Positions 26,875 through 35,202 of a stretch of DNA of 47,449 bases are shown here, piece after piece (positions within the stretch are counted from its first letter, which is position 1; each line of letters starts with the position of its first letter). The position numbers were made by a program, and so were the translations under genes. The notes below the pieces were generated by a model that saw only the letters and a program-made list of their open reading frames with translations, did no database searches and was not told where the DNA came from. Source of the DNA: Candidatus Magasanikbacteria bacterium RIFOXYB2_FULL_38_10 (lineage in GTDB: Bacteria > Patescibacteriota > Patescibacteriia > Magasanikbacterales > UBA10003); contig MFQT01000010.1 of assembly GCA_001783145.1 (NCBI GenBank), positions 1 through 47,449 on the forward strand. Direction: 5' to 3'.

Positions 26875-27717
26875 CTACTTTAGCTCCTTATCAGTTGGGA
26901 AACTTTCCTTTACACCCGTACCCGAACCGAATGCTCCAAACGTCCCCTGGCTTCCACCAGGCAAACGTGCTTGATCCAAATAACCATAGCGCGATGATCC
27001 CGGAGGATTAAAGCTGTCGTCTGCCAAATCCTCCAAGTAGTAAACGCCACTCTTTCCCCCGGTTCCGTAGTTGGTGATGCCAAGGGAGTAATCCCTCAAA
27101 GAAGGATCGTTCGAGTAGCTCTCGGGAAGATCTTCTCCCCGCAGAGCGAAAATCGCTTCCGCTTGCTCCAGCGTTTCCACCGACTTGTGGCAATGACGCT
27201 TACGAGCGGCAGAGATTGGATCCGGAGTCTGCTCCCTGTTCTCCAACAAAGCGATGAGAGACGCTAGGAACGTCCCTGTTCGCCCGTGAGAGCCGATGCA
27301 GTACACCATCACCTTTTTACCAGCCTGCAACAACGGAATGACTTTGTCAAGCAAGAACTCTTCAAAGCCATCCGGTGGTGGACTAAAGTCAGGCCAAGGG
27401 CAACCCAAGACCTGAACTGTCTGCCCCAGTTCCAAACGGATCGCCCGAGTATCATCCAGGGGTATCAAGACATCAAACCCGTCAAAATCCCCTTCTTTCA
27501 GATACCGTGTCCCGCCCGGATAGATCTGGTAAGGGCCAACCTGCACCGCCTTCTTACCGCGGTGTGCAGGGTGGCTATCTTTTTTAATCTTCAATTTTTT
27601 GGCAGAACCACCGCTTGCTGGGACAAAGCCCTTCTCGGTCCAATCCCAGGCTTGGTCAGAACCCTTACGGCCATGTCCAGTTGGCAGGCCGCCCTTTCCT
27701 CCTTGCTCTATCATCAT
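26875..27717 (-). CDS. dual-specificity / protein-tyrosine phosphatase (CX5R P-loop) with G/S/Y-rich low-complexity C-terminal tail
   Basis: 280 aa; catalytic VYCIGSHGRTGTF with upstream WPDFSPP...; tail YSLGITNYGTGGKSGVYYLEDL...GGSQGTFGAFGSGTG. Confidence 0.8.
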   Translation of the reverse strand: MMIEQGGKGGLPTGHGRKGSDQAWDWTEKGFVPASGGSAKKLKIKKDSHPAHRGKKAVQVGPYQIYPGGTRYLKEGDFDGFDVLIPLDDTRAIRLELGQTVQVLGCPWPDFSPPPDGFEEFLLDKVIPLLQAGKKVMVYCIGSHGRTGTFLASLIALLENREQTPDPISAARKRHCHKSVETLEQAEAIFALRGEDLPESYSNDPSLRDYSLGITNYGTGGKSGVYYLEDLADDSFNPPGSSRYGYLDQARLPGGSQGTFGAFGSGTGVKESFPTDKELK

Positions 27718-27738
27718 CCCCTCCTTTCGGCAGCCTGC

Positions 27739-30087
27739 CTAAGCTGCTTTTTGTAAAATCTTAGTCTTCCAAAGGCCAAGATTTTTACCCCTTTCAAACA
27801 ACTCCTGAACTTCTTTACTAAATTCCCACCGAGCCAAACCTTCGTAGAGAGAAGCAATGCTCGTAGCGTTCTTCTTAATCTCCAACTGCTCTTGAACCTC
27901 GTATCTGTCTCCGGACAACATCTCGTGCTTGTCAAAGACATTGCCCGTGTTGTGCTGAAGATCAAAAACGTGATCGGCAAAAGCAGAGTGATTCAGCTTG
28001 CCACTGAGGAACAAAAGGCCGGCCGTAGCAATAACAGCCCACTTGGGACCGCCAAAGCTATAGCCGCGCCATTTTCCCTTTTCAAAGGCTTCGGCGTTAA
28101 GGCGGAAGAATTCAATTGCCTCGGCCAAGTCCATCTTCTTTAAGGCCTCTTTCAGAATCTTCTGGGTATTCTCTCTGTTACTGGGACTAGTGCCCCAGTA
28201 GTCGTTCGGAAGATGATACTTAGCCCTAAGGATAAAGTAGGCCGGTGAGGCAGCTGTCACTTTGCTTTCATCGGCGAATTCATCATCCTTTTTTTGCGGA
28301 GAATAATGCCGCGATTCGGCACCAACGGCCATGGCCAGGTAGGCCACAAAACGCTCGGCCGTTTCAATATGGATCCGCCGACGCAAGCTGGCAACGGCAG
28401 ATTCCAACGCTGTTCCCTTGGACGCTTGGGTCATGGCGTCCACCAGGTAAAAGTCATTGAGAGTGGTATTGACGGAGACACGGCTCTCAATGTACGCGGG
28501 ATCAAGGCGGGGCTTTGGCCAATACAAGTTGCTCTTTTCCATCCAGCGCAAGAAGATGTTGGTTTCCTTCTTGGGCACTGGATTAGCCATTTCCACCACG
28601 CCATTCATAACCATTCCGGTTGCTCCGTCTACCGAAATGATCTGTCCTTGCTTCACCAAAAGATCTTGGACGCCGACCACCGCCGGCTTGCCAAAGCTTC
28701 TGGCTACGACAGCCGCGTGCGATGTTGCTCCGCCAACCTTAGTTACCACGGCGGCAGAAATGAGCAGTCCGGGAAGATCCGCTGGTGATGTCTCGTCGCG
28801 CACCAGGATCACCTTGACTCCGTTGTTTGCCAACTCAATGGCTTCAGCAGAACTCAAGGCAACTGTGCCCACGACCGCACCAGGCGAAGCCGGCAGACCC
28901 TTGGCTAAAAGTTTGGCTTGCGCCGCCCTCGCCAAGGCCTCTGGCTTGAACACCTGACGGCTCACCGCCTCTATCTGCTCTGCAGTAACCCGCCGCAAAG
29001 CTTCATCCTTGGTCAACAGCCTCTCCCAAACCATGTGAGTGGCAATAATGACCGCAGCTTCGGGGGTGCGCTTAGCTGCCCGATACTGCAGGATGTAAAG
29101 ACGGCCGTTTTCCACGGTGAACTCCACGTCCACCGCGTCTTTCAAATGGGCCTCCAGCTTCCGCACAATCTGCTGGAGTTCGATGAAGAGGTGGGAGTTC
29201 CACTCCTTCATCTTAGCAATTGGCAACGGGGTGCGGATCCCGGCCACCACGTCCTCACCCTGGGCATTAACCAAGAACTCGCCGTAAAGCTCAGGGTTGC
29301 CAGTGGAGACATCGCGGCTAAAAACGACCCCTGTGCCAGAGTCGTTGCCACGGTTGCCAAAAACCATGGCCTGCACATTGACCGCCGTTCCCCACCATTC
29401 GGGAATCTCGTGCGCCTGGCGGTAAGCCTTGGCGCGCTCGCTATCCCAAGAGAGAAACACGGCCGTGATCGCCATCTGTAGCTGCTGCCAAACATCGTCC
29501 GGCACCGAACGCTTAGTCGCACTGGAGATAAGCTCGCGATAATTCTCGCAAAGCTCTTCCAGCGACTTAATGGTCAGCTTGCTGTCCTCAGTTATGCCTT
29601 GCTTGCGCTTGGCCTTGGTGAGGATTTTCTCAAAGCGCTGACGATCAATACCCAGGACCACGTCACCGAAAAGGCTTAGAAACCTCCGGTAAGTATCCAA
29701 GGCGAAACGCTTTGAGCCGGTATCCTTGGCCAGACCCTTAACGGTCTTAGGATTCAGACCAAGATTGAGCACCGTGTCCATCATACCGGGCATGGACTTG
29801 GCCGCGCCCGAACGCACGGACACGAGAAGCGGAGAGGAGTTGCCCCCAAACCGCTTCCCGGTCCGTGCTTCCAGCGCCTTTACACCTCTTTGAAGCTGCC
29901 CGGCGAACCGGGCAGGAAAACCACCGTGCTCGCCAAAAGCGCGGGCAACAGTCGTCGTCACCGTGAACCCGGGCGGAACCGGCACGCCAAGGCGCACCAT
30001 TTCCGCAAGACCCGCTCCCTTACCGCCCAAAACCTGGGCAGTACGGGCTACCTCTCCAAAGAGGTAGACCACTTGTCCGTTCCTCAT
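27739..30087 (-). CDS. PPDK-derived phospho-histidine phosphotransferase: PPDK_N ATP-grasp plus PEP-utilizer swivel His domain plus a novel ~260-aa C-terminal domain replacing the pyruvate/PEP TIM barrel
   Basis: 782 aa; residues 1-520 align closely to pyruvate phosphate dikinase (LGGKGAGLAEM, LLVSVRSGAAKSMPGMMDTVLNLGLN, WGTAVNVQAMVFGN, NAQGEDVVAGIRTP, GGATSHAAVVARSFG). The C-terminal third lacks every PEP-utilizers_C motif and is about 48% GC against about 61% for the PPDK part. Confidence 0.85.
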   Translation of the reverse strand: MRNGQVVYLFGEVARTAQVLGGKGAGLAEMVRLGVPVPPGFTVTTTVARAFGEHGGFPARFAGQLQRGVKALEARTGKRFGGNSSPLLVSVRSGAAKSMPGMMDTVLNLGLNPKTVKGLAKDTGSKRFALDTYRRFLSLFGDVVLGIDRQRFEKILTKAKRKQGITEDSKLTIKSLEELCENYRELISSATKRSVPDDVWQQLQMAITAVFLSWDSERAKAYRQAHEIPEWWGTAVNVQAMVFGNRGNDSGTGVVFSRDVSTGNPELYGEFLVNAQGEDVVAGIRTPLPIAKMKEWNSHLFIELQQIVRKLEAHLKDAVDVEFTVENGRLYILQYRAAKRTPEAAVIIATHMVWERLLTKDEALRRVTAEQIEAVSRQVFKPEALARAAQAKLLAKGLPASPGAVVGTVALSSAEAIELANNGVKVILVRDETSPADLPGLLISAAVVTKVGGATSHAAVVARSFGKPAVVGVQDLLVKQGQIISVDGATGMVMNGVVEMANPVPKKETNIFLRWMEKSNLYWPKPRLDPAYIESRVSVNTTLNDFYLVDAMTQASKGTALESAVASLRRRIHIETAERFVAYLAMAVGAESRHYSPQKKDDEFADESKVTAASPAYFILRAKYHLPNDYWGTSPSNRENTQKILKEALKKMDLAEAIEFFRLNAEAFEKGKWRGYSFGGPKWAVIATAGLLFLSGKLNHSAFADHVFDLQHNTGNVFDKHEMLSGDRYEVQEQLEIKKNATSIASLYEGLARWEFSKEVQELFERGKNLGLWKTKILQKAA

Positions 30088-31150
30088 GTTCTCCTCCTTG
30101 CGAGAGTGGGATTTTTGGGTTTTGTCACAGCAGGGTCACCAGAATAATTCCGGAGGTTTTCCTTATACCGGCCACACCCATTCGCCCGGATTGGATTTTT
30201 GTCCAGAATTTTTCTTTTCAATGGCTATTCCAGTTTTATCTCCACTAGTTAATTAGTTAAGGATTTACACTCACCGAAGTGAGTCCTTGCTAAAATTCCA
30301 GTGGCTTAGACTGGTATCACCATCTAGGCAAGCTTATACCCGCTATCTAGGTTCACCCAAGGCTAAAACCTTTAGCTGATCCCGGTTGCTGATCTGCGGA
30401 TTTTTCAACCCTTCAATTCAACCTTTCACAGCCTCAGGCCATAACTGCATTTGCTACAGCCGCGGTCGCCAACCGCTCTTTACAATTGCCTAGCCACCGG
30501 GGCTAGGTTACCTTTACCAGCAAGAAAACAGACAGCAAATATCTGTAAACTTGCGACCATCACCGCCCAGGCCGGCTTGATGATTTCCAACTCCTAGAGA
30601 CCCTCGAGCCTCTTTAGAATTGGAGGTGTAGTAGAAGGACCCAATCTGTTCCTTTCCTGCCACACAGGTAGATCTTGCAGAAGGCATGCCCGGTCCTTTC
30701 CGCAAGAGTCTGTTTCTCCCCCTTCCCAGTCAGTCCCTTTCAGGAAGACTCCAGGGGAGAAAGAAGAACTACCAACAGGGTCAGACCAACCTGCTGGCAA
30801 ACGTTTTAACCTAGGGGTGGCCACCCCCATGGTCGCGTGGTGCACCACAGGACGCGTTACCGCCCCACAACCAACCCCGCGTCATTGCCAACGCCGGGAA
30901 GGTTGATTTTTAAACTTAACAAAAATTTAGTTTTATTAGTGTCTTTATATCAAATTTTGATATAAAGACTTCAGGCACTGCATACTACCCCCTTGCTAAT
31001 TCCGGCAATTGAATTAGCAGGGTTGCTGATTTATTTTTGCGAGGTGGGTTCAGCTCCCACCGTCTGTTGCTTAAGGCAGTGCATTTCTTCCTCCTTTTTG
31101 TTGATGTGTTGAATTGTCAACGAGCACGCAACCACGGTTTTTCACTAACC
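30088..31150. other. about 1.1-kb non-coding, intermediate-GC, palindrome-rich tract upstream of the GC-rich operon (candidate structured RNA, operator array or decayed DNA)
   Basis: No ORF of 100 aa or more on either strand; perfect palindromes ggggtggccacccc (30814..30827), gtggtgcaccac (30837..30848) and gtctttatatcaaa-t-tttgatataaagac (30941..30969); many short hairpins. Confidence 0.4.
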
Positions 31151-31358
31151 ATAGCGGCGAATATAATTTGGATATCTAAACAAACGAAGGTAGATATCAA
31201 AACATTATTTGCCACTAATTTAAGCTTAAAATTATATTTTTTAGGAAACGTATTATTGTATCACAAATTTTAACTTTTGTCAAGTCCCCTGTGGTCGTCC
31301 CAGATAAAACATAAAACCAGCCCAAACAAGGGCTGATTTTTATGTCATCAATTAAATA

Positions 31359-32627
31359 TTAAACAGTTCCCCTGCCTTTTAATGATTCCGCCAACCTCTT
31401 TAAAGCCACAGCAAAAGCAGTGGTACGCAAAGGTAGTTTCTTTTCTAAATGCATTTGCCAAATACCCTCCAAAGCGCTGTGCAATTTATCTTTCATCCTA
31501 GAAATTACTTCGTCTTCTGTCCAAGAATAGCCATACAAATTTTGCACCCATTCCATATAGCTACCCACCACGCCGCCGGAATTAGCCAAAACATCGGGAA
31601 TTACCAAAACACCTTTTTTATTCAATTTTTCATCAGCCTCAAAAGTGATCGGGCCGTTAGCCAGCTCCAAAATAATTGGAGCTTTGATTCTGCCGGCATT
31701 TTCTTTAGTAATTTGATTTTCCAAAGCGGCCGGAACCAAAACATCGCAAGGCATTTCCAATAATTTAGCATTGCTCATTCCTTGAAAATTAGAACAATCA
31801 CAAACCGAACCACTGCAATAACAACCCGCTAATAAGCCTTTGTTCTTTTTTGTTTCCATGATTTTATCTAAATTCATACCCAGGCCGCGCTTATCATAAA
31901 TTCCACCCTGAGAATCGGCCACGCCAACAATTTTTAAACCGGCTTTTTCCGCTTCTTTGGCAAACCAATAACCAACATTACCTAGTCCTTGAATAATCAC
32001 CTTAGTTTTTTTAGGATCTTTTTTTAATTTTTTTAAAATTTCAGCTAAAACATAAAAACCACCGGTACCGGTTGCCCTTTCCCTGCCTTCGGATCCGCCC
32101 AAAGCCAAAGGCTTGCCGGTCACTACCGCCGGTTTGAATTCACCGGAGAGATTGCCAAATTCATCAACAATCCAACCCATAATCTTGGCATTGGTGTTAA
32201 CGTCCGGCGCAGGAATATCTGTTTTAGGACCAATATCAGCGCGCAAGGCTCTGGTGTAACTTCTGGTCAAATGTTCCAATTCATGTTCGGACAAAGTTTT
32301 AGGATCTAATTTAATGCCGCCCTTACCGCCACCGTATGGCAAATCCGCCACCGCGCATTTTATGGTCATCCAAAAAGCCAAGGCTTTAACCTCATCCAAG
32401 TTGGCTTGTGGATGAAAACGAATTCCACCTTTAAAAGGACCGCGAGCATTGTTGTATTGCACGCGATAGGCCTCAAAGACTTCCACAGTTCCATCATCTT
32501 TTTTAAGAGGCAAAGATAATTCTATGATGCGCTGAGGTTTTTTTAAAATTTCCCAAACTCCCGGGTCAAGATTTATAGCCTCAGCCGCGGTTTTTAACTG
32601 TTCCAAAGCAGATTTAAAAACTGACAT
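31359..32627 (-). CDS. gdhA: NAD(P)-dependent glutamate dehydrogenase
   Basis: 422 aa; Glu/Leu/Phe/Val dehydrogenase signature GPFKGGIRFHP, catalytic-Lys region, GxGNVG Rossmann motif. Confidence 0.9.
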   Translation of the reverse strand: MSVFKSALEQLKTAAEAINLDPGVWEILKKPQRIIELSLPLKKDDGTVEVFEAYRVQYNNARGPFKGGIRFHPQANLDEVKALAFWMTIKCAVADLPYGGGKGGIKLDPKTLSEHELEHLTRSYTRALRADIGPKTDIPAPDVNTNAKIMGWIVDEFGNLSGEFKPAVVTGKPLALGGSEGRERATGTGGFYVLAEILKKLKKDPKKTKVIIQGLGNVGYWFAKEAEKAGLKIVGVADSQGGIYDKRGLGMNLDKIMETKKNKGLLAGCYCSGSVCDCSNFQGMSNAKLLEMPCDVLVPAALENQITKENAGRIKAPIILELANGPITFEADEKLNKKGVLVIPDVLANSGGVVGSYMEWVQNLYGYSWTEDEVISRMKDKLHSALEGIWQMHLEKKLPLRTTAFAVALKRLAESLKGRGTV

Positions 32628-32665
32628 ATTTTACACGTCTTTAAAATTATTTGATTTTTTACAAA

Positions 32666-32980
32666 TTATTTTTTCAACAACTCTAAAAGAGCTGCTTTGG
32701 CTTGGGCGCCCATTACTCTTTCCACTTCCTTGCCTCCTTTAAACAAAACAAAACAAGGAATACTCATGATGCCGTATTCTTCGGCCAATTCGGAATTTTC
32801 ATCAACATTAACTTTGGCAATTTTCATTGCGGCACTGCCCTCTATTTCTTTGGAGATTTCTTCTACGACAGGCAACATCATTTTGCAAGGTCCGCACCAG
32901 GGAGCAAAAAAATCTACCAACACTGTGGCGGTAAAATCTAAAACTTCTTTTTTAAAATTATCTTTATTTAGTTCTAGCAT
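32666..32980 (-). CDS. trxA: thioredoxin
   Basis: 104 aa; WCGPC active site. Confidence 0.95.
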   Translation of the reverse strand: MLELNKDNFKKEVLDFTATVLVDFFAPWCGPCKMMLPVVEEISKEIEGSAAMKIAKVNVDENSELAEEYGIMSIPCFVLFKGGKEVERVMGAQAKAALLELLKK

Positions 32981-33004
32981 AAAAAAATAATTAAATTTTA
33001 ATTT

Positions 33005-35044
33005 TTAGAATCCTAATTTTTTAATTTTAATTTCTTCGCGATACAATTCTAATTTATCCCCTGCTTCTATTTTTTCTTTGGTTTCAATTTGCAAGCCGCA
33101 TTCTTGTCCGGTCATAATATCTTTAACTTTTTGTTTGCCGGCCTGCAATTCCGTCACCTCTCCATTACCAATAATTTCTCCCTGACGAAAAATGCGTACT
33201 TTCACATTATTTTCCGCTTGGCCATCAATCACGCGTCCGCCTACAATTTGGTATTTTTTTTCGGTTCTAAAAATCGCCAAAATTTCCATTTTACCAATTT
33301 CGTGCACTATTACTTCCGGCGGCAATAATTTTTCCAATTCTTTTTTAACATCACCTAACAAATCGTAAATAATTTTATAATGTTTAATAGTAACCTTTTT
33401 TTGTTTAGCTAATAATTCAGCCGCCGGAATAATGGGAACATGAAACCCTAAAATATGAGCGCTGGAAGCCTCGGCACGTAAAACCTCTGCCTCGGTAATA
33501 GAACCCAATCCCTTGGCCACCACCTCTACTTCTACTTCTGGATGAACCATTCTTTGCAAGGCTCCCAAAATAGCTTCCAAAGATCCCAAAACATCCACCC
33601 GCAAAATAATGGCGTACTTCTTTTTTTCTAGGCCTTCTTCACCGCCAATACCGGCGCTGGTTGTAGCAGTGATGATATTTTTTTCTTGCACCAAATAAGT
33701 GGGTTTAATTTTTTTCTCCAAACCTTTAATATCTTTGGGAACCTCTAGAACGTCCCCCACAGCCGGAGCAATTTTAAAACCCAAAATTTGTACCGGAGTA
33801 GAAGGCGGAGCAGTTTTGACCATTTCACCTTTCCAATCCTTTAGGGCCTTAATACGTCCATACCAAGCAAAATTGATTGCCAATTCATCGCCTACTTTTA
33901 AAGTACCGCTTTGCACCAAAAGTGTAGCCACTGGGCCAGCCTTGGGATCTATATGGGATTCCACAATTGTTCCAACGGCGAGCCGTTTAGGATTAGCGGT
34001 AATTTTGGATTTATCTAAATCCGCCACCAATAAAACCATTTCCAATAATTTATCTATATGCAAATTAGCCTTAGCTGAAACAGGAACCATTACAACCTTA
34101 CCACCCCATTCTTCTGGTTGCACGCCCAATTCTGATAGTTGAGTTTTAACTCTGTCCAAATCTGCCTCGGGCTTATCAATTTTGTTTAAAGCCACGATGA
34201 AAGGCAACTTAGCCGCTTCAATAATTTTAATGGCTTCTTTGGTTTGCGGTTGCACACCATCATCGGCGGCCACTACCAAAATGGCTACGTCAGCCACTTT
34301 AGCGCCGCGGCTGCGCATAACAGTAAAAGCTTCGTGTCCCGGGGTATCAATAAAAGTCATTTGTCTTAAAACTTTTTCTCCAGCCTCGGTAGTAAAAGGC
34401 ACTTTTACTTGATAAGCGCCAATGTGCTGAGTAATTCCGCCAGCCTCACCGGCTACTACATTGGTACTTCTGATAGCATCCAAAAGTTTGGTTTTGCCAT
34501 GATCAACATGACCCATCACCACCACTACTGGCGGACGTGGTTCCAGATCCTCTTCTTTTTCACTTTCTAAAATATTCTTTAAACGATCTAACGATTCTCC
34601 ATTTTCTATCGTCTCTTCTTTTTTTTCTTCTGGCGTCACTTCAAAACCAAAATCCTGCGCGATAATATTGGCAGTATCATAATCAATGCGTTCATTCATG
34701 GAAGCCAAAATACCATTTTTAATTAGTTCGCGAATAACATTGGTGACGGGCAAATTCAACTTAACGGCAAAATCACGCACGGTGATAGCTTGAGGTAATT
34801 GGATTGTTTTCTTTTCCGCCTCCGCCCCTTCGGTAGCCACTTCCGCGGTTTTAGCTTGGTCTTTAATAAACTGATTTTCTTGAATTTTTCTCCTAATCTT
34901 GGGCCAGGCGGCAACAATTTGACTGGCTACACGATTATCAACTTTAATGGCGCGACGGCCAATGTCAAAACCGAATTGCGGCAAAGTATCATACAATTCT
35001 TGAGGGGAAGTTTTAAGTTGTCTGGCTAGTTCCGAAACATTCAT
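33005..35044 (-). CDS. infB: translation initiation factor IF-2
   Basis: 679 aa; G-domain [20 protein letters not shown]; IF-2 C-terminal domains. Confidence 0.95.
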   Translation of the reverse strand: MNVSELARQLKTSPQELYDTLPQFGFDIGRRAIKVDNRVASQIVAAWPKIRRKIQENQFIKDQAKTAEVATEGAEAEKKTIQLPQAITVRDFAVKLNLPVTNVIRELIKNGILASMNERIDYDTANIIAQDFGFEVTPEEKKEETIENGESLDRLKNILESEKEEDLEPRPPVVVVMGHVDHGKTKLLDAIRSTNVVAGEAGGITQHIGAYQVKVPFTTEAGEKVLRQMTFIDTPGHEAFTVMRSRGAKVADVAILVVAADDGVQPQTKEAIKIIEAAKLPFIVALNKIDKPEADLDRVKTQLSELGVQPEEWGGKVVMVPVSAKANLHIDKLLEMVLLVADLDKSKITANPKRLAVGTIVESHIDPKAGPVATLLVQSGTLKVGDELAINFAWYGRIKALKDWKGEMVKTAPPSTPVQILGFKIAPAVGDVLEVPKDIKGLEKKIKPTYLVQEKNIITATTSAGIGGEEGLEKKKYAIILRVDVLGSLEAILGALQRMVHPEVEVEVVAKGLGSITEAEVLRAEASSAHILGFHVPIIPAAELLAKQKKVTIKHYKIIYDLLGDVKKELEKLLPPEVIVHEIGKMEILAIFRTEKKYQIVGGRVIDGQAENNVKVRIFRQGEIIGNGEVTELQAGKQKVKDIMTGQECGLQIETKEKIEAGDKLELYREEIKIKKLGF

Positions 35045-35202
35045 AACTTATAATTAGTATCTTAAATATACTCTTATTTTAACAAAGGGTCAAATTGCAG
35101 ACAGATAACCGACCATAGAGACCGCCTGCAGGCTTTTGACTTTTTTAAAGAAAAAAGCTAATATTTAATTCAAGACTACTAAAATTAATATTATTTAAAT
35201 AT

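Noticed and set aside
26149-27011. Several overlapping 73-195-aa ORFs on both strands (26149..26415, 26212..26433, 26387..26974, 26430..26852, 26553..27011)
   Set aside because: They are Pro/Arg/Ala-rich alternative-frame translations of the 68%-GC gene for the K-rich protein and of the phosphatase gene. Stop-codon depletion in high-GC DNA explains them.
28245-29522. ORFs 28245..28460, 28294..28788, 28457..28957, 28918..29481 (+) and 29208..29522 (-)
   Set aside because: Shadow ORFs within or antisense to the PPDK-like gene, which has strong whole-length homology in its own frame.
30640-30710. Possible RNase P RNA P4 element (minus-strand ggaaaggaccgggcatgcc resembles GGAAAGUCCGGGCUCC)
   Set aside because: The match breaks at the invariant GUCCGGG core (GGACCGGG here). 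No flanking P1-P3 helices or ACAGAAxCCGGCUUA 3' motif were found nearby.
31041-31063. tRNA- or tmRNA-like T-arm hairpin gtggg-ttcagct-cccac
   Set aside because: The loop deviates from TTCRANY at the conserved A58, and no acceptor stem pairing or CCA context follows. No D-arm or anticodon arm could be assembled upstream.
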